Positions 26,611 to 39,619 of a stretch of DNA of 64,000 nucleotides are shown piece after piece. The position numbers and the translations under genes were made by a program. The number at the start of each line of letters is the position of its first letter. The stretch's first letter is position 1. Origin of the DNA: Callorhinchus milii (Eukaryota); assembly GCF_018977255.1 (NCBI RefSeq), contig NW_024704742.1, positions 8,558,001 to 8,622,000 on the forward strand, written 5' to 3'. Under the pieces are notes generated by a model, which saw nothing but the letters and a program-made list of their open reading frames with translations, ran no database searches and was not told the DNA's origin.

Positions 26611-26948
26611 TGGAGTCCTGTAATTTATTAGTTAGAGCATTCACCTCGTAAGTGAGAGGATCTGGTTCCATTTCTGGGCGGGGCAAGTTTCCTTACTCCA
26701 CACAGAGCCTAATAATAATCCCTCCAAAAAAAAACAAAAAAAACAACAATAATTAAATTAAATTGGTCATTTTCAATCTACGACTGTTTGTGGGACATTG
26801 CTGTGCGCCATTGGCTGCCGCCTTCGCCCACAAATATACAGTCAATTCACTTTACAGTGTGTTCTGTGAAGCGCTTTGGGACGTCCTCCCGACGTGAAAA
26901 GCGCTATATCAAATGCAAGGATTATTATTATTATTATTATTATTATTA
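26611..26948 (+). mobile_element. tRNA-derived SINE followed by an L2 fragment (to ~27320)
   Basis: Head, core and (att)n tail, then DYSNCLLTGLPNSSLHKLQ. Confidence 0.85.
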
Positions 26949-29149
26949 GGCTACTTTCCTTACTCTCTATGCCTCGGCCTGACTATTCCAATTGCCTGCT
27001 CACTGGACTTCCCAACTCTTCCCTCCACAAGCTGCAGGATATTAGGAACTCTGCAGCTCATGTCCTCTCCTTCACTAGGCTCCACGAACCAATCACCCCT
27101 GTTCTTGCCCAGCTTCACCGGCTTCCCAACCATCAGAGAATTGAGTACAAAACCCTCAAAATTAGCTTCAAAGCCCTTCATGGTCTTGCTCCTCCCCCTT
27201 ACCCTCACCGACCTCCTAACCGCTTATCAGCCTCTCTGCAGCGTCCGATCAGCGGACACCGGCCTGCCTCAGGTCCCCCACACTTCCCGCCCAATCATTG
27301 GCAGTCAGACATTTAGCATCTCCTATTTGACATAAATACAGTCAAATTGCTGGGATCCTATAAAGTGTTGAATGATTGTCCAAAATCAATCATATTTAGT
27401 GTAGCACTTTTACCAGCACGGAAACTCCCAACACATTCTTTCACTTTCACGTTTACTGTACAGAGTCAGCATTAGCTCTGAGGAATATGACTGTAATTTA
27501 ACAGTAATATGGTGGGACAGGACAAAGGTGAGGAAATAAATGAAGGTGTGATCACTGATATTCCAGTAAATGTGAGGCTGAGCAATAATTCCTGATACCA
27601 GTTTCAGAGATTCCACGGGGCATAGGACAAGGTTACAGGGCAGATCATTGGGAGACCAGTAATAGAGAGTAGTGCGATGGTTCTACACTGATAGTTCATG
27701 CACCAGAATGTTTGTCATAAAAGTTTGATGTAAAGGTCTATCTACAGCACCTTGGGACGTCCTCCTAATATGAAAGGTTCTATATAAATGTAATATTGTT
27801 GTTGTTGTTGTATCGTGTGCCAGCTGACTAGGTTAGCAGCTCTCAGGCCTCTGAGACTGGTTGTGGGTCCAAATCCCTCGCCAGGATTGGAGATGTCGTC
27901 TGACGTGAAGGGCTCTATAACACTCAATTCACTTTACAGTATAGTCTATAAAACGCTTTGAGATAGCTCGAAGACGTGATAAGGAACTATATCAAATGCA
28001 AGGATTATTATTATTGCTATAAATGTAAGTTGTTGTTATTGAACTAAGATACCACAGTATGGGGTGGAGGTATCTGCTGGAGTTAAACCAGCTGAAACAC
28101 CATAGCTTGCCATTGAGGGACAGAGTGCTTTATACTGAGGGGCATCTCCAGAGCAACCTACTACATTTTGGTCTGAGCTCCAATTCATTTTTGACCCAGT
28201 GAATGAGGGGCAGGAGAGCCCCTACCCCAGGGGGGGAGGGGAACAGCTCAATCCTTTCCCCCCCCCAAATTTCACACACACTCTCACAGCTTCCAGAGTA
28301 GCTGTCAGGATCACATGTCAACCTGGATTACGGTAGCAATCTTGACTACGGGTCAAAAGCTTGGTTCAATCCTAGGTGGGAGACATAGATCTCAAAGCTG
28401 TCATTCCACTTCAGTGCTGGAGGTGTGCTGTATTGTCAGAGGTAGTATCGTTTAAAAACAACAATGGGCATTAACTAGCCCGCTATTGATGATACCTCAC
28501 ACTTCACACAGAATAGTCTCTCAGAACGCTTCAGCTGTTAAATTGAGGTCCAATCTGCCTGGTCAGGTAGACATTAATGATCCTGCAGCAAAAATCAAAA
28601 AGAGGAGTTTCTCTCTTTCCGTTTCCTGTCCAACAACTACTATTGGTCATTCACTTCATGGTTGCGTGTGGGCTATTGCTGTGTGCAAATTGGATACTTA
28701 CAGTCACTCCATGGTGTGAAGCCCTTTGAGACATCCTGCTGACATAAAAGTTCCTGTTTGAAATATGGATTCTCGGAGGTGTCGTCCTTTGGATGAAATG
28801 TTAAACCAAGGTCCTGTCTGCTGTGTTCATATTGGCTATTGGGCTTTCCCCAAAACAACATGAACACCAACTTGCCTTTACAGTTTCCTTCATGTGAGAT
28901 AGCGTCTCGAAAGCTCAACAGTGCTGAGTCTGACACTGAGCCAGCGACAAAGGAAAGGTTGAAGAGGAAGGTCTTAAGGTGTGATCTGAAGCTGACAAGC
29001 CGGGGTGAGGCAGAGTGATTGAAGCAGACTCTCTAGAGTCTTGAGGAGATGAGGCTGAAAGCATGACCTTGATGGTGAAGTGGAAGGGACAAGCAGGAGA
29101 CTGGACCCAGCCGAGCAGATGCAGAGGCCAGCGGTGAGTGGGAGGGGAG

Positions 29150-30155
29150 GAGGCTGGTGTTGGGGGGGCTGGTGTTGGGGGGCTGTTATTGGGGGACTGG
29201 TGCTGGAGGCTAGTGTTGGAGGAGGATTCAGGGGGGCTGGTGTTGGGAGTGCTGGTGTTGTTGGGGTTGATTTTGGGGGGAGCTGGTGTTGGGCAGTTAG
29301 TGTTGGGGGTACTGGTGTTGGGGGGACTGATATTGGGGGGCCTGCTGTTGAGAGGTTTGGGAGTGAGACTGGTATTGGGGCTGGTGTTGGGGGTGCTGGT
29401 GTTTAGGGGGATGGGGCTAGGCTGGTGTTGGTGGGGGCTGGGTTGGGGGGCTGGTGTTAGGGGGCTGGTGTTAGGGGGCTGGTGTTAGGGGGAACTGATG
29501 TTTAGTGGAGCTGGTGTTTAGGGGGTTGGGGGTGGGACTGGTGTTAGGGGAGCTGGTGTTTTGGCTTGAGGGTGGGGCTGGTGTTGGGGGGGCTGGTGTT
29601 GGGGGGGTCTGGTGTTGGGGGGTCTGGTGTTGGGGGTGCTGGTGTTGGGGGTGTCTGGTGTTGGGGTAGGTCTGGTTTTGGTGGGGCTGGTGAGCAGTTG
29701 GTATTGGGGAGCTGGTGTTGGGGGACTGGTGTTGGGTGTCTGGTGTTAGGGGGTATGGTGTTGGGGGCTGATGTTGGGGGGGACTGGTTTTGGGGGGGGG
29801 GTCTGCTGTTGGGGGTGTCTGGTGTTGGGGGGGTAGTGAGCAGTTGGTATTGGGGGGTGATATTGGGGGGCTGGTGTTGGCGGATTGGTGGGCAGTTGGG
29901 GCTGGTGTTAGGGGGTTGGAGGTGCGGCTGTTATTGGGGGGCTGTTGTTTAGGGGGATGGGGGTGGGGCTGGTTTGGGGGGGCTGGTGTTGGGGTGGACT
30001 GGTGTTGTGGTGGTTGGGGGTGGGGCTGATGTTGAGGGGCCTAGTGTTGGGGGGCTGGAGTTGGGAGGGCTGGAGTTGGTGGCTGGTGTTGGCGGGGCTG
30101 GTGTTGGGTGGGGGATTGGTTTGTGTGAGGGCCTGTTGTTTGGGGGCCAGTGTTA
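29150..30155. repeat. G-rich ~15-bp degenerate minisatellite (ggggctggtgttggg)
   Basis: About 1 kb of tandem units with strong G bias on +. Confidence 0.95.
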
Positions 30156-31699
30156 AGGGATTAACACCAGCAACAAGCGAGAGTCAGAGAAACAGCGTCA
30201 CAGGTGGACAAACCCAAGTGTAAATCAGTCTACAACTGGCCAGCAAGTGGCACTGCAGGAGATGAGCTACAAGGCTTCAGAAAAGCGGCTGAGAAGGGTC
30301 AGCCTGGGGTATGTATCCCGGCCTCGACACACTGGGGATCACTTTCTGACTATGTACAAACAGGGAAACTGGGTCCTCACTCATTACACAACAGTGAGGA
30401 GGACAGTGAGTAACATGGTCTGGTGAAACTCCAATTCAGCTCTGTTTACACTGTTCAAATATACCTTAGGAACTATTCTACATTCTAGTTTTAAATGATA
30501 CAAACACAGTCCAAATTCCAAAGTCAAAAAAAATCGTTTCTGTTTGCTAACTGTCTGAAAGAGAATAATCCTCACTCACTATTTACTGTCCTTGGGAGTT
30601 TCCATGATCAGGTTTTATAAAGAAAAGCTTTGCTTTAACCATCTGCCTTCCCTATGCCGCCCTGACTCACAGAGACAAGGCTTGGACAGAGGGAACTGGG
30701 GCACTGCTGGAGTTTAACCGCTAAATCCTCATAGCTTGCCATTGAAAGCACTGTGTGTGGTGAGCCAGGCTGGCTGGGCTGCCATCAGCAGTGCCTTGGA
30801 GAACTGCACACCCGCCTCACTCAGCCACAGAGGATCGACTTGATTCTGAGGTTCTTGTGCCAGTTATTAGAGTTCAGCTCCAAGAAGGCCTTAACAGGGA
30901 GCAGCAGAATGCAAGTAAAAAGGGCGAACGTATATTTGTGGCATGAAGCTGGATGGATACATGAGCCAATGGTTCAGAATCTACAAGAGAGATGGTCCTA
31001 TCAGATCTAATAATGAGCAACAGTGTGAGGATGGAGAGCAGGTTACTTGGTCAGAGCACCTGGCACACAATGAGCATAATATGATTGAGATTGATGTCCT
31101 GAGAGGAGAGGGAGCAACGCAGACTCCATCTGGAGCAATAAAACCATAAAAATCCCTCATTTACTTCCTAGCCATTCCTGCAGAATGTAAATTTGCTGCT
31201 ACTTTTGTATATAAAATACACAGTCACTGCACTGTGAGTTTCTTCAAGATGTGAAAGTTGCTATAACAAATGCAAGGATTATGTTATTATTTTGCCACCC
31301 ACCTGACTCTCCAAATCATCCCTTTCCTACATCTAACTTATTGGCTATTAGTCACCCCCAGTAATCTGTCTAGGTCCTTTTAGAAGCTTCCTTCCGTTCT
31401 GCCTGTGCTGATAGCTTGTTCATGGCATTCCTGAGAACATTCTGAGAGAATGTAAAATGTAAGATTGTGTGGAATGTGGAAAACAAAATGAAATATAATC
31501 TTGATTTGGGAGCTGGGTTCTGTCTCTCTAATTTCTCTGATTATTTTTTATGAGTTGGTGAAATCTGTTTGAATGGTAGGTAGACATGTGGCGAGGCTCT
31601 TGTTTGAAACACTATGTGCCAATCTGGAATAGAATCCAACCACAGCAAACACTCACAAGTTACAGCAACTGAAAGAGTTCAAGGAACTTGTTCAGGTCA

Positions 31700-31769
31700 C
31701 ACAGTGATTCAGCTGCTGATCTCACCAGTCAACAGACACTCGCCAGACAACCAGTGCTCCAGCACACAG
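31700..31769 (+). other. Putative non-coding first exon of copy 2 (start approximate)
   Basis: CACACAG|gtaaat donor with intron sequence paralogous to 48330-48445. Confidence 0.35.
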
Positions 31770-31949
31770 GTAAATTATTTTATAGTTCAATTCTAGACTT
31801 TAACAGCTGTTTCTCAGTGCAGGGATCAGGATAATCATCACAAGTGACACTTTAAATGATGTTGAGGATCAGTGAGATCATAGGTGCAGATACACAGATC
31901 TGTAATGGTGGGAGTGAAGGTGGTAAAAAAACCAACAGGATAGCATTTC

Positions 31950-32615
31950 AAAGCCCTTAACTGTGGCGGAGCCTGACACTGAGCCGATGGGAGGAGGTGT
32001 CCTTAAGCACGGTCGAAGAGGAAAGTCTTCAGGCAGGAATTGAAAAAGAGAAGAGAGGGGGCAAGGCGGAGGGATTGAGGGAGAGTGTTTCAGAGTTTCA
32101 TGGTTCAGTGGCTAAAAGCACGACCTCCAATGGTGGGGCGGAGAGTGTGCTGGAAGAGCAGGAGGATGGTGTCAATCGAGCAGAGGCGCTGGGTGATGGA
32201 TTGGGAAGTGAGGAGGTCAGAGAGGGAGGGAGGTGCCAGAAGGGAAGGGATTTGAATACAATTGTGATGATCTTGAAGTCGATCCGTTTGGTGATGGGGA
32301 GCCAGTGGAGCCCGGGTCAGAACTGGTGAGATGTAGGTACGGAGTTTAATTCGGGTCGGCATGTGGGCGGCAGAGTTTTGAAAGAGCTTGTGAATGGTGG
32401 AGCTGGGGAGACCGGCGAGGAGCGCATTTGAGTAATCCAAGTGGGAGGTGACAAATGCATGCACAAGGGGTTTGGCTGTATTTTGGGTAAGATATGGTCG
32501 GAGGTGGGCAATGTGTCAGGGGTGGAAGAAGGCGATCCTGGTCAGGACGTGGGGGCGGAAAGCTGTGGGTCGACCTGGACGCCTAGATGGCGCACTGGTT
32601 TGGTGAATCTGAGGA
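31950..32615 (-). mobile_element. L2 LINE 3' fragment
   Basis: HAFVTSHLDYSNALLAGLPSSTIHKL..RPTIGGRAFS. Confidence 0.85.
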
Positions 32616-32837
32616 AGATTGAGGAGTTCCTATCCAAACATAGGAACCAATTTGCTCACAACAAGGTCCCACAAACAGCTGTGAAGAGACGAGTTTTGAG
32701 CCTTTGACAGAATGACTGTGGTTATTGTCAGGAAGAGATTGGAAAGGGATGATAAGGAGAGATTGCATTCATATTGTTTTTCTTCATTTCCAAAGGTTGT
32801 TCAGAAACATCATTGATGACAGGGAAGAGTTCACACA

Positions 32838-32859
32838 ATGGCACAGATTTCCAGACCAG
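32838..32859 (+). CDS. APOL: APOL-like copy 2, start exon (MAQISRP, phase 1); whole exon ~32796-32859
   Basis: ATG GCA CAG ATT TCC AGA CCA G|gtaatt. Exon and flanks are homologous to 17700-17820. Confidence 0.65.
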
Positions 32860-32949
32860 GTAATTAATCTATTGGAATCGATGAAAATATTGTATTAACT
32901 TCTATTCCAATCCTGTGCCCACTGCGAGTCAGGTAACAAGCTCCTGCTG

Positions 32950-33512
32950 TCTTCTCAGGGCTGAGCTGGCTCTAAGGTGAGGTTCCTGGCATCGGAATGT
33001 CAGAATCGAACCAGTCCTCCATGACCGTATCTCATCTAGTTCTTGAGCCAGGTGGGTCCACAGTACTCCAGGACCCTGCTGATGATGGCACAATCATCGG
33101 CAGGAGTTGGAAGGGCAGAACAGTCACTGGACAAAGACTCTTCCCACTCAGCTCCTGTTAACCCTGGAAGCCAAAGCTCTAATGGGAAATGTGGTCCAAG
33201 GCGGACAAGCAGCGGGAAAGCTTGTCAGATAGAGCTCTCAATGGCAAGCTATGCGGTTTTAGCTGGTTAGACTCCAGCAATTACCCCAACACACAATCTG
33301 GGGTCCCTAAACCTTGGCCCTTGCCAGCCTGTACTCTCTGGATTTAGATAAGCAGGGGTTGTCCTTCTAGGTAGAGGGAAAGAGCACATTCTAGACACAG
33401 GGTAAATTCCAGGTGAAGGTGACATGCAGACGTGGAACTCAGTCTGGTTTGGATACTCAGGAGCACGATGTTGGGTTTCCACAAGAATCAGACACCCACT
33501 CACCAAAAATAA
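32950..33512 (-). mobile_element. Tx1/L1-like 5' remnant in the intron after the copy 2 start exon
   Basis: Homologous to 14270-14810. It ends just before the paralogous ggtgaggatattccc block. Confidence 0.5.
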
Positions 33513-33641
33513 ATTTACTGTGAACGGTGAGGATATTCCCTCTTGTGTGGTCACTGTATCAGCCAGGATTGTGTCTGTTCACTCTGTTAATACCAGATAA
33601 TAACCAATAATAATGGCTCTTGTTTCTCCCTTGTTTAACAG

Positions 33642-33666
33642 ACATAGTCAATGTAACCGAGGACAG
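33642..33666 (+). CDS. APOL: APOL-like copy 2, 25-nt micro-exon ((D)IVNVTED(R))
   Basis: tttaacag|ACATAGTCAATGTAACCGAGGACAG|gtacgtacag. Open in phase 1 to phase 2. Confidence 0.7.
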
Positions 33667-34029
33667 GTACGTACAGATGTGAGGCAGCTGCTGAATAAAC
33701 TGTCTGATGTGTGTGTGTTTGTGTGTGTGTGCGCGTGTGTGTGTTAGTGTGTGTGTGTGAGCGTTTGTGTGTGACTCACATTACCGGAGACACGGGAAGG
33801 AATGTTGTCACATGTAATATGTGGGAATAAGTGAGAACTACATAAGACCACGAGAACATTAGAAACGCTAGATGAAAAAAAGACCAATGTCCATCTAGTT
33901 CGCCTTCAACCTTCCTAGCAGTCGCATGCAAATATGTACCAAACTATCTAATCTTGCTTTTCCAGCGTGAACATGCCCAATAGGCACTCCTCAAGTGGTT
34001 CAGATCCTACCCCTCACAACGTCTCCACT

Positions 34030-35130
34030 TCTTCTCCACAATTTCTCCTCTAGCCCCCGCACCATCTCATAAGGAGTTACTCAGGTCTCTGTCTTTGTCC
34101 GCCTCCTCTTCAATATCTATATGCTCCCTCTTAGTGACATCATCCCCAGACATGGGGTCAACTTCCACATGTATGTGGATGACACCCAACTCTACCTCTC
34201 TGCCTCCATCCTTGACTCCAGGACCACTGCTGTGCTGACAGAATGTCTGTCAGACATCAAGTTTGGATGAGAGCTAATTTTCTTCAGTTGAAAGTCAACA
34301 AGAATGAAGCTCTCCTGATTAGCTCCTGTCAATGCCTCAACACCTTAGGCGCTGACAGCATCACTATCCATCTTAATAAGCCAGTCTGGTGCCCTGGTGT
34401 CTTGTTTGACCCTCAAGTGTACTTTCTACCCCACATCCATGCCATGACCTGCTCTGCCTTCCCCCATCTCTGTAACATTGCCCGGCTCTGCCACTGTCTC
34501 ACACCACAGGCCGCCGAAACCCACATACTCGCATTCATAACATCCAAGCTTGACTATTCAAAGTCCCTCCTTGTCAGCTTCCCCAACTCCTGCCTCCATA
34601 ATCTGCAGATCATCCAGAACGCTGCAGCCCGTGTCCTCTCCTGCACCATCCTCTGTGACCCTTTCACCCCCAACCTCGCCCGACTCCAATGGCATCTCAT
34701 CACACAAAGGATACAGCTCAAGATCCTGTTTTTCACCTTCAAAGCCCTTCATGGCCTTGCGCCCCCCTACCTCTGAGACCTCCTTACCATATACCAACCT
34801 GCTCGCTCCCTCTGCTCAGTGGGCTCTGGCCTGCTTCACTTCCCTCGCCTCGCCCACCCAACCATTGACAGGTGAGCCTTCAGTCACTCTGACCCTGCCC
34901 TCTGAAATTCCATTTTGCAGTCCCTCTACCTCGCCCCCTTCCTTGCCTCCTTCAAGATCCATCTCAAGACCGTCTTCTTCAACCATGCTTTCGATCACCA
35001 TGCTTCCCCTCTGCCCTCCAGCCTCCCCAATCCCGACCCCCAGCTCAGGTCCGAAAAACTGATTGTCCAGCGCCTTGGGATGTCCTCGCCATGTGAAAGG
35101 CGCTATACAAATGTAATTTTGTTATTGTTG
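34030..35130 (+). mobile_element. L2 LINE 3' fragment
   Basis: VNFHMYVDDTQLY..WMRANFLQL..SKLDYSKSLL; (ttg)n-like tail. Confidence 0.9.
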
Positions 35131-35335
35131 TCTTGTTGTCCTCTTAATCCATTGAGCCCATCCATTCCCCCAACCATTCTAGTTGCCCTCCACTGTATCC
35201 TCTCAATTTCTCCCATATATTTTTGTACTTCGGTGACCAGAATTGTACACAGTATACTCCAAGTATAGTCTCACCAATGATGTATACAGTGACAGGATTA
35301 TCCCGCTATTTCAGCTTGCTATTCTTGGAGTTCTT

Positions 35336-35696
35336 GGAGTCCTGTAGCTCAGTGGTTACAGCACTCACTTCGCGAGCTAGAGGACCTGGGTTTGATTCCC
35401 GGCAGGTCAAAATGTTGGGCAAGTTTCCTTACTCACACTCCTCTGTTTATCTAGCATTAAGTAGGAACCCGGTTGTTAGTTGATTGGTGGATCACTTTTC
35501 CGGGAATAATAATTCCTTAACAAAAAATCCACTATTGTTTGTGGGACACTGCTGTGCGCAATTGGCTGCTGCAATTCATCCACAAAATACACACTAAATT
35601 CAATTTACAGTATATTCTGTAAAGTGCTTTGAAATGTGTTGAAGAATTGAGAAAGAGCTATAGCAAATGTAAGGATTATTATTTTCATTATTATTA
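35336..35696 (+). mobile_element. tRNA-derived SINE
   Basis: A/B boxes, core and tail. Confidence 0.85.
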
Positions 35697-35872
35697 CCTT
35701 TTGATACATTCTAACATCTGGTTTGATCTACTCATAACCACAGAGCATTGTTGCGAGAGCTTCGATTTATTATCAGTATCCCAATTAATTTCTAAAATCA
35801 CCAATTACGATCGTTGGTCCCTTACTGGTCACCTTCCTTATCTCTTCCTTATACACTTGTTTGTCCTAACAG

Positions 35873-36583
35873 GAAAGCGTTTGAAGCTGAAGTTAAACAG
35901 AGGAAGCAGGATGTGAAGGATTTTGTCACCTTGTTCCCTGTGTGGAGAGTGTGGATGATCAGCTACATCAGAGACCTACGAGAGATCGCATACGATATAT
36001 ACTCGATTCACAAACCAGGCACGAGAGTGGGAGTCGGCCAGAGTGTGGCTGGTGGGGCTGACAACACTGCAGCTTGTGACACGGACATTGTTACCCAAAC
36101 ACAGAGACGCAAAAGGGTTAATGATATCATTGAGCAATATACAAATGACAGCAGAGAAATGGCAGAGTGTTACATGAACTCTCACGAGCAGTTCGGATCT
36201 TGAAACGTTATGGTGAGAAATCAGAAACCGCATTTCCTGGTGGAGCTGAGAGTCTCACTGAACACTTGGCTGTATTTGCTGCTGTGGCTGAAACAATAAG
36301 CAAACAGGTGTCGGTGACATCCAGGGCCGGGCCAGCAGCTCAGACAAGGCTGCCTTTCATGTTGTCTCTCATCTCCAGAGCAAACATTCGTCATAATCTC
36401 AACCATGGAGCCAGGGCAGATATTGCTAAACACATTGACGGTGTGGCTAAAGTGCTGGAGGATGAAGTGATGGCGTATGAAGACGTTTATAAACATCTGG
36501 AAGGTACAGCAACTATTTCAATGTACAGCACAGCTGAGGCAGGGTTCAGTGATGTAATATTCATGGTGGGTGCAGGAAGATAG
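35873..36583 (+). CDS. APOL: APOL-like copy 2, terminal exon (frameshift ~36177; internal deletion of a hydrophobic helix)
   Basis: ctaacag|G AAA GCG TTT GAA. FPVWRVWM..LREIAYDI, IIEQYTNDSREMAEC and ADIAKHIDGVAKVLEDEVMAYEDVYKHL align with copies 3 and 4. AATAAA at 36602. Confidence 0.75.
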
Positions 36584-37702
36584 CAGAGTACATCTGACCA
36601 AAATAAATCTTCTTATGTGTGTGCAGAAGAGAAGGGATTGCACTTTACATGTGAGGGGAGAGAAACCGTTCGTTTGAAAGTATTCTCAACTCTAACTCAG
36701 AACTTTGTGGATTGTAGCTCACATCAGGACTTTGAGTTCATCATCCGGGTTTGAAACTCGAGAGCAGCGCAGGGTTGGGGAGAGCACTGCAATGTCGGAT
36801 GTGCTACCTTTTAGTTGAGACATTAAACCGAGGTCTATCTGTGCCATGTTCAGGTGGATGTTTAAATTCCACTGGCACTGTTTGAAAAGGCAAAGAATTT
36901 CTCAGGGTCAGGAAAACAATGCCCCAGAAAAAATTAGTTATTCACTTGTGGGATATTGCTGTGAACAAATTGGTAGCCACTTTTGCCTACAAAATGCACA
37001 GTCAATACACTTTACAGTAAATCCTGTGTGTTCGTGTGTGTGTGTGTGGGGAGAGATGTGTAACACTGTAACATTAGGAGGAGAGAAGTGACTGGGTAGA
37101 AATTCCTGCCTTGGGGCTAAATATTTTCTCTTAACACAGAAATTCTGAGTGCTCACAATTTGTCAAATTCTTAATCCCGGGCTTTAATTTTGAAGCTGGG
37201 TTTCCAGCGGTTTGGGACATCCTCCTGATGTGAAAGGCACAATACAAATATCATTTATTGTTCTTGTTGCTATAAGTTATTTTAAGAACTGAAAAAATGG
37301 GCTTCAAAGTTAGAACCAACTTCAACAATTTGCCAAATTCTGTACACTCTGAAAGAATAATAATAATCCTTGCTTTTGATATAGTGCCTTATCAAGTCAT
37401 TCAAACAACAACAATTTGCATTTATATAGAGCTCTTCACCCCGCACGGCATCTCGGAGTGTTTAACAGTGGCGGAGCCCGATTGGTGGATCGCTTCACAG
37501 GATATATTATAAAGTGGATTGACTGTGTTTTTATGGGCAAAACGTGCACACAAAATGCACACAGCAGTGAGCCACAAATAGTCGTGGATTGAGCGACCAA
37601 TCAAATTACAACCGGGTTCCTACTTACTGCGAGGTAAACACGTGTGTGGAATAAGGAAACTTGTAAAGTAAATTCGGGTGAAACTCCTGCACAATATCAT
37701 CA

Positions 37703-37930
37703 ATGCTGAGTGTTCCCCACTCGCGGCTCCTGTGTGACCCACTGTGTTTGTCAGGAAAGAAGCCAAACCTTGACAGCAGTAGAGCTGCCACATTGCTGCT
37801 CTGCTCCTGTCGCTGCCGAGGGGAGAACGCTTTGTTTACCCGCGAGTGGTGAGGACATTCCCTCCTGTGTGGTCACTGTATCAGTCAGGATTGTGTCTGT
37901 TCTCTCTGTTGGTACCAGATAATAACCAGT
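37703..37930 (+). repeat. Paralogous block matching 18449-18680; donor GAGTG|gtgagg after 37848
   Basis: Direct match; ORF-track peptides at 18480 and 37710 are almost identical. Confidence 0.9.
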
Positions 37931-37963
37931 GATAATGGCTCCTGTTTCTCCCTTGTTCAACAG

Positions 37964-37988
37964 ATACAGTCAGTGACAACGAGTACAG
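37964..37988 (+). CDS. APOL: APOL-like copy 3, 25-nt micro-exon ((D)TVSDNEY(R))
   Basis: ttcaacag|ATACAGTCAGTGACAACGAGTACAG|gtacgtacag, followed by a 105-nt intron to the terminal exon. Confidence 0.7.
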
Positions 37989-38093
37989 GTACGTACAGAT
38001 GTGAGGCAGCTGCTGAATACACTGCCGGATATTGTGAATGAATCACTTGTTGTCACATGGCTCTGTCTGATTGGCTTTTTATCTCATTAACAG

Positions 38094-38792
38094 GAAAGAG
38101 AACAAAGTTGTTCTGGAAAAGATAATTGAAACTTTTGAAAACTATTTCCCGGTCTGGAGAGAATGGATGAGAGGACACGTGAGAGGATTGCGAGAGATTG
38201 CAGACGACATCGTCAATTATCCCAAACAAGACCCCACAGTGAATATTACTGTGTGTAGTAGAGTGCAACTCTCCATTACAGCAATAATTATTGCCCCTTT
38301 CTCACTGAGCACGAGGTTGGTGCTTGTGGCCCTGGGAGGCAGGAAGGGTGTAGCTGAGGATGATGTGACTAGACACGTGGGTGTTACACAGACAGACAAA
38401 CTGAAAAGAGTTCATAGAATCATAGAACGTTATAAAAAGGACAGCAGAGAAATGTCAGGTCTATTGATGAAGCTCTACAGTGCGAAACTGTTCTTTAATG
38501 ATGAAATATTAAGAGAAGGTGCATTGAGTCTTGTCTTTGAGATATTCCCCAAGCACTGGCGTGCTTTTCCCACAGTTATCTCAGCAGCGACCAAACTGAT
38601 GATAGTAATGTTCAGGGCTGCGACAGGAGGGCTGTCAGGACTCTGTAATGTCTACTCTGGAGCAAACAATTTCTCTCCCTTAACCTTAACAAGACAGGAG
38701 TTGCTAAGCAGATACGAGAAGCGGCTGATATGATGGAGGATGAGATACGAGCATGTGAAGAGGTTTATAAACGTTTTCAAAAGAAAAATTAA
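38094..38792 (+). CDS. APOL: APOL-like copy 3, terminal exon (frameshift ~38640-38690)
   Basis: ttaacag|G AAA GAG. Contains FPVWREWMRGHVRGLREIADDI, IIAPFSLS and IIERYKKDSREMS. The -1 frame ends NKTGVAKQIREAADMMEDEIRACEEVYKRFQKKN* (TAA 38790-38792). AATAAA at 38832. Confidence 0.8.
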
Positions 38793-39619
38793 ATCAGTAT
38801 AATAATCCTTGCATTTAATATGAATTATTTCAATAAATCAATCAATGTGCAGCAGTTTGGCTACTAATTGACATGAGTGTCTGTGGGACAAGGAGGTTAA
38901 ACCAGCCAGGCTTCTGCTCCTGACCGCTGCAGGAAGCTGACATTGGCTGATAATAATATAATTATAATAATAATAATCCTTGCATTTGATATAGTGCCTT
39001 ATCATGTCTTTGAGAAGTCTCAAAGCGCTTCACAGAATATATTAAAAATGAATAGGTTAGGCTGACACTTACTGTCACAAGTGCAATACAATATAAATTT
39101 ACATTTATATAACGCCTTTCATGTTGGAAGGATATTTCAGGCTCTTAACTTTCCTAGCTGGGCAAAGAGCTGAGGGAAGTGGGGAAGGGAGGGATGACCA
39201 AAGGTATGGTCAAAGAGGAGGGTCTTTAGATGGACCTTGAAAGAGGAGAAGGAGGGAGGCAGTCAGAAGGACTATGAGATGGTGTTCCAGAGAGTGGAGG
39301 CAGACAGACAGATATGTTGAAATTACACTCATTGATGGTGAGCCAAGGAGGTTAGGGACAAGCCAGTACCCTCTCATGGTCACCTTGTTTACCTCTTTTA
39401 TTGGGTTATTAATGTAGATATTCTGTACATATTGAGATTTTGTGCAAAGCAAGACGCTTTTGCTTTAAGCGCCTTTAATGTCTAGGGACCAAAATCTAAT
39501 TTTCAATCAGTAAGGACAGCCTTGGTGACCCAAAGTCTGTGACCTGGGTGAGTCACTGAAAAAAAGACAGGAAAGGATCACGTGGGTCCTAGAGGGGACC
39601 TACTGATACACTGAAAGGG

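Noticed and set aside
29080..30223. Gly/Val/Leu-rich ORFs
   Set aside because: Translations of the G-rich minisatellite.
31428..31450. GAS/STAT-like sites upstream of copy 2
   Set aside because: Spacing is TTC-N4/N5-GAA rather than canonical N3; too weak to call.
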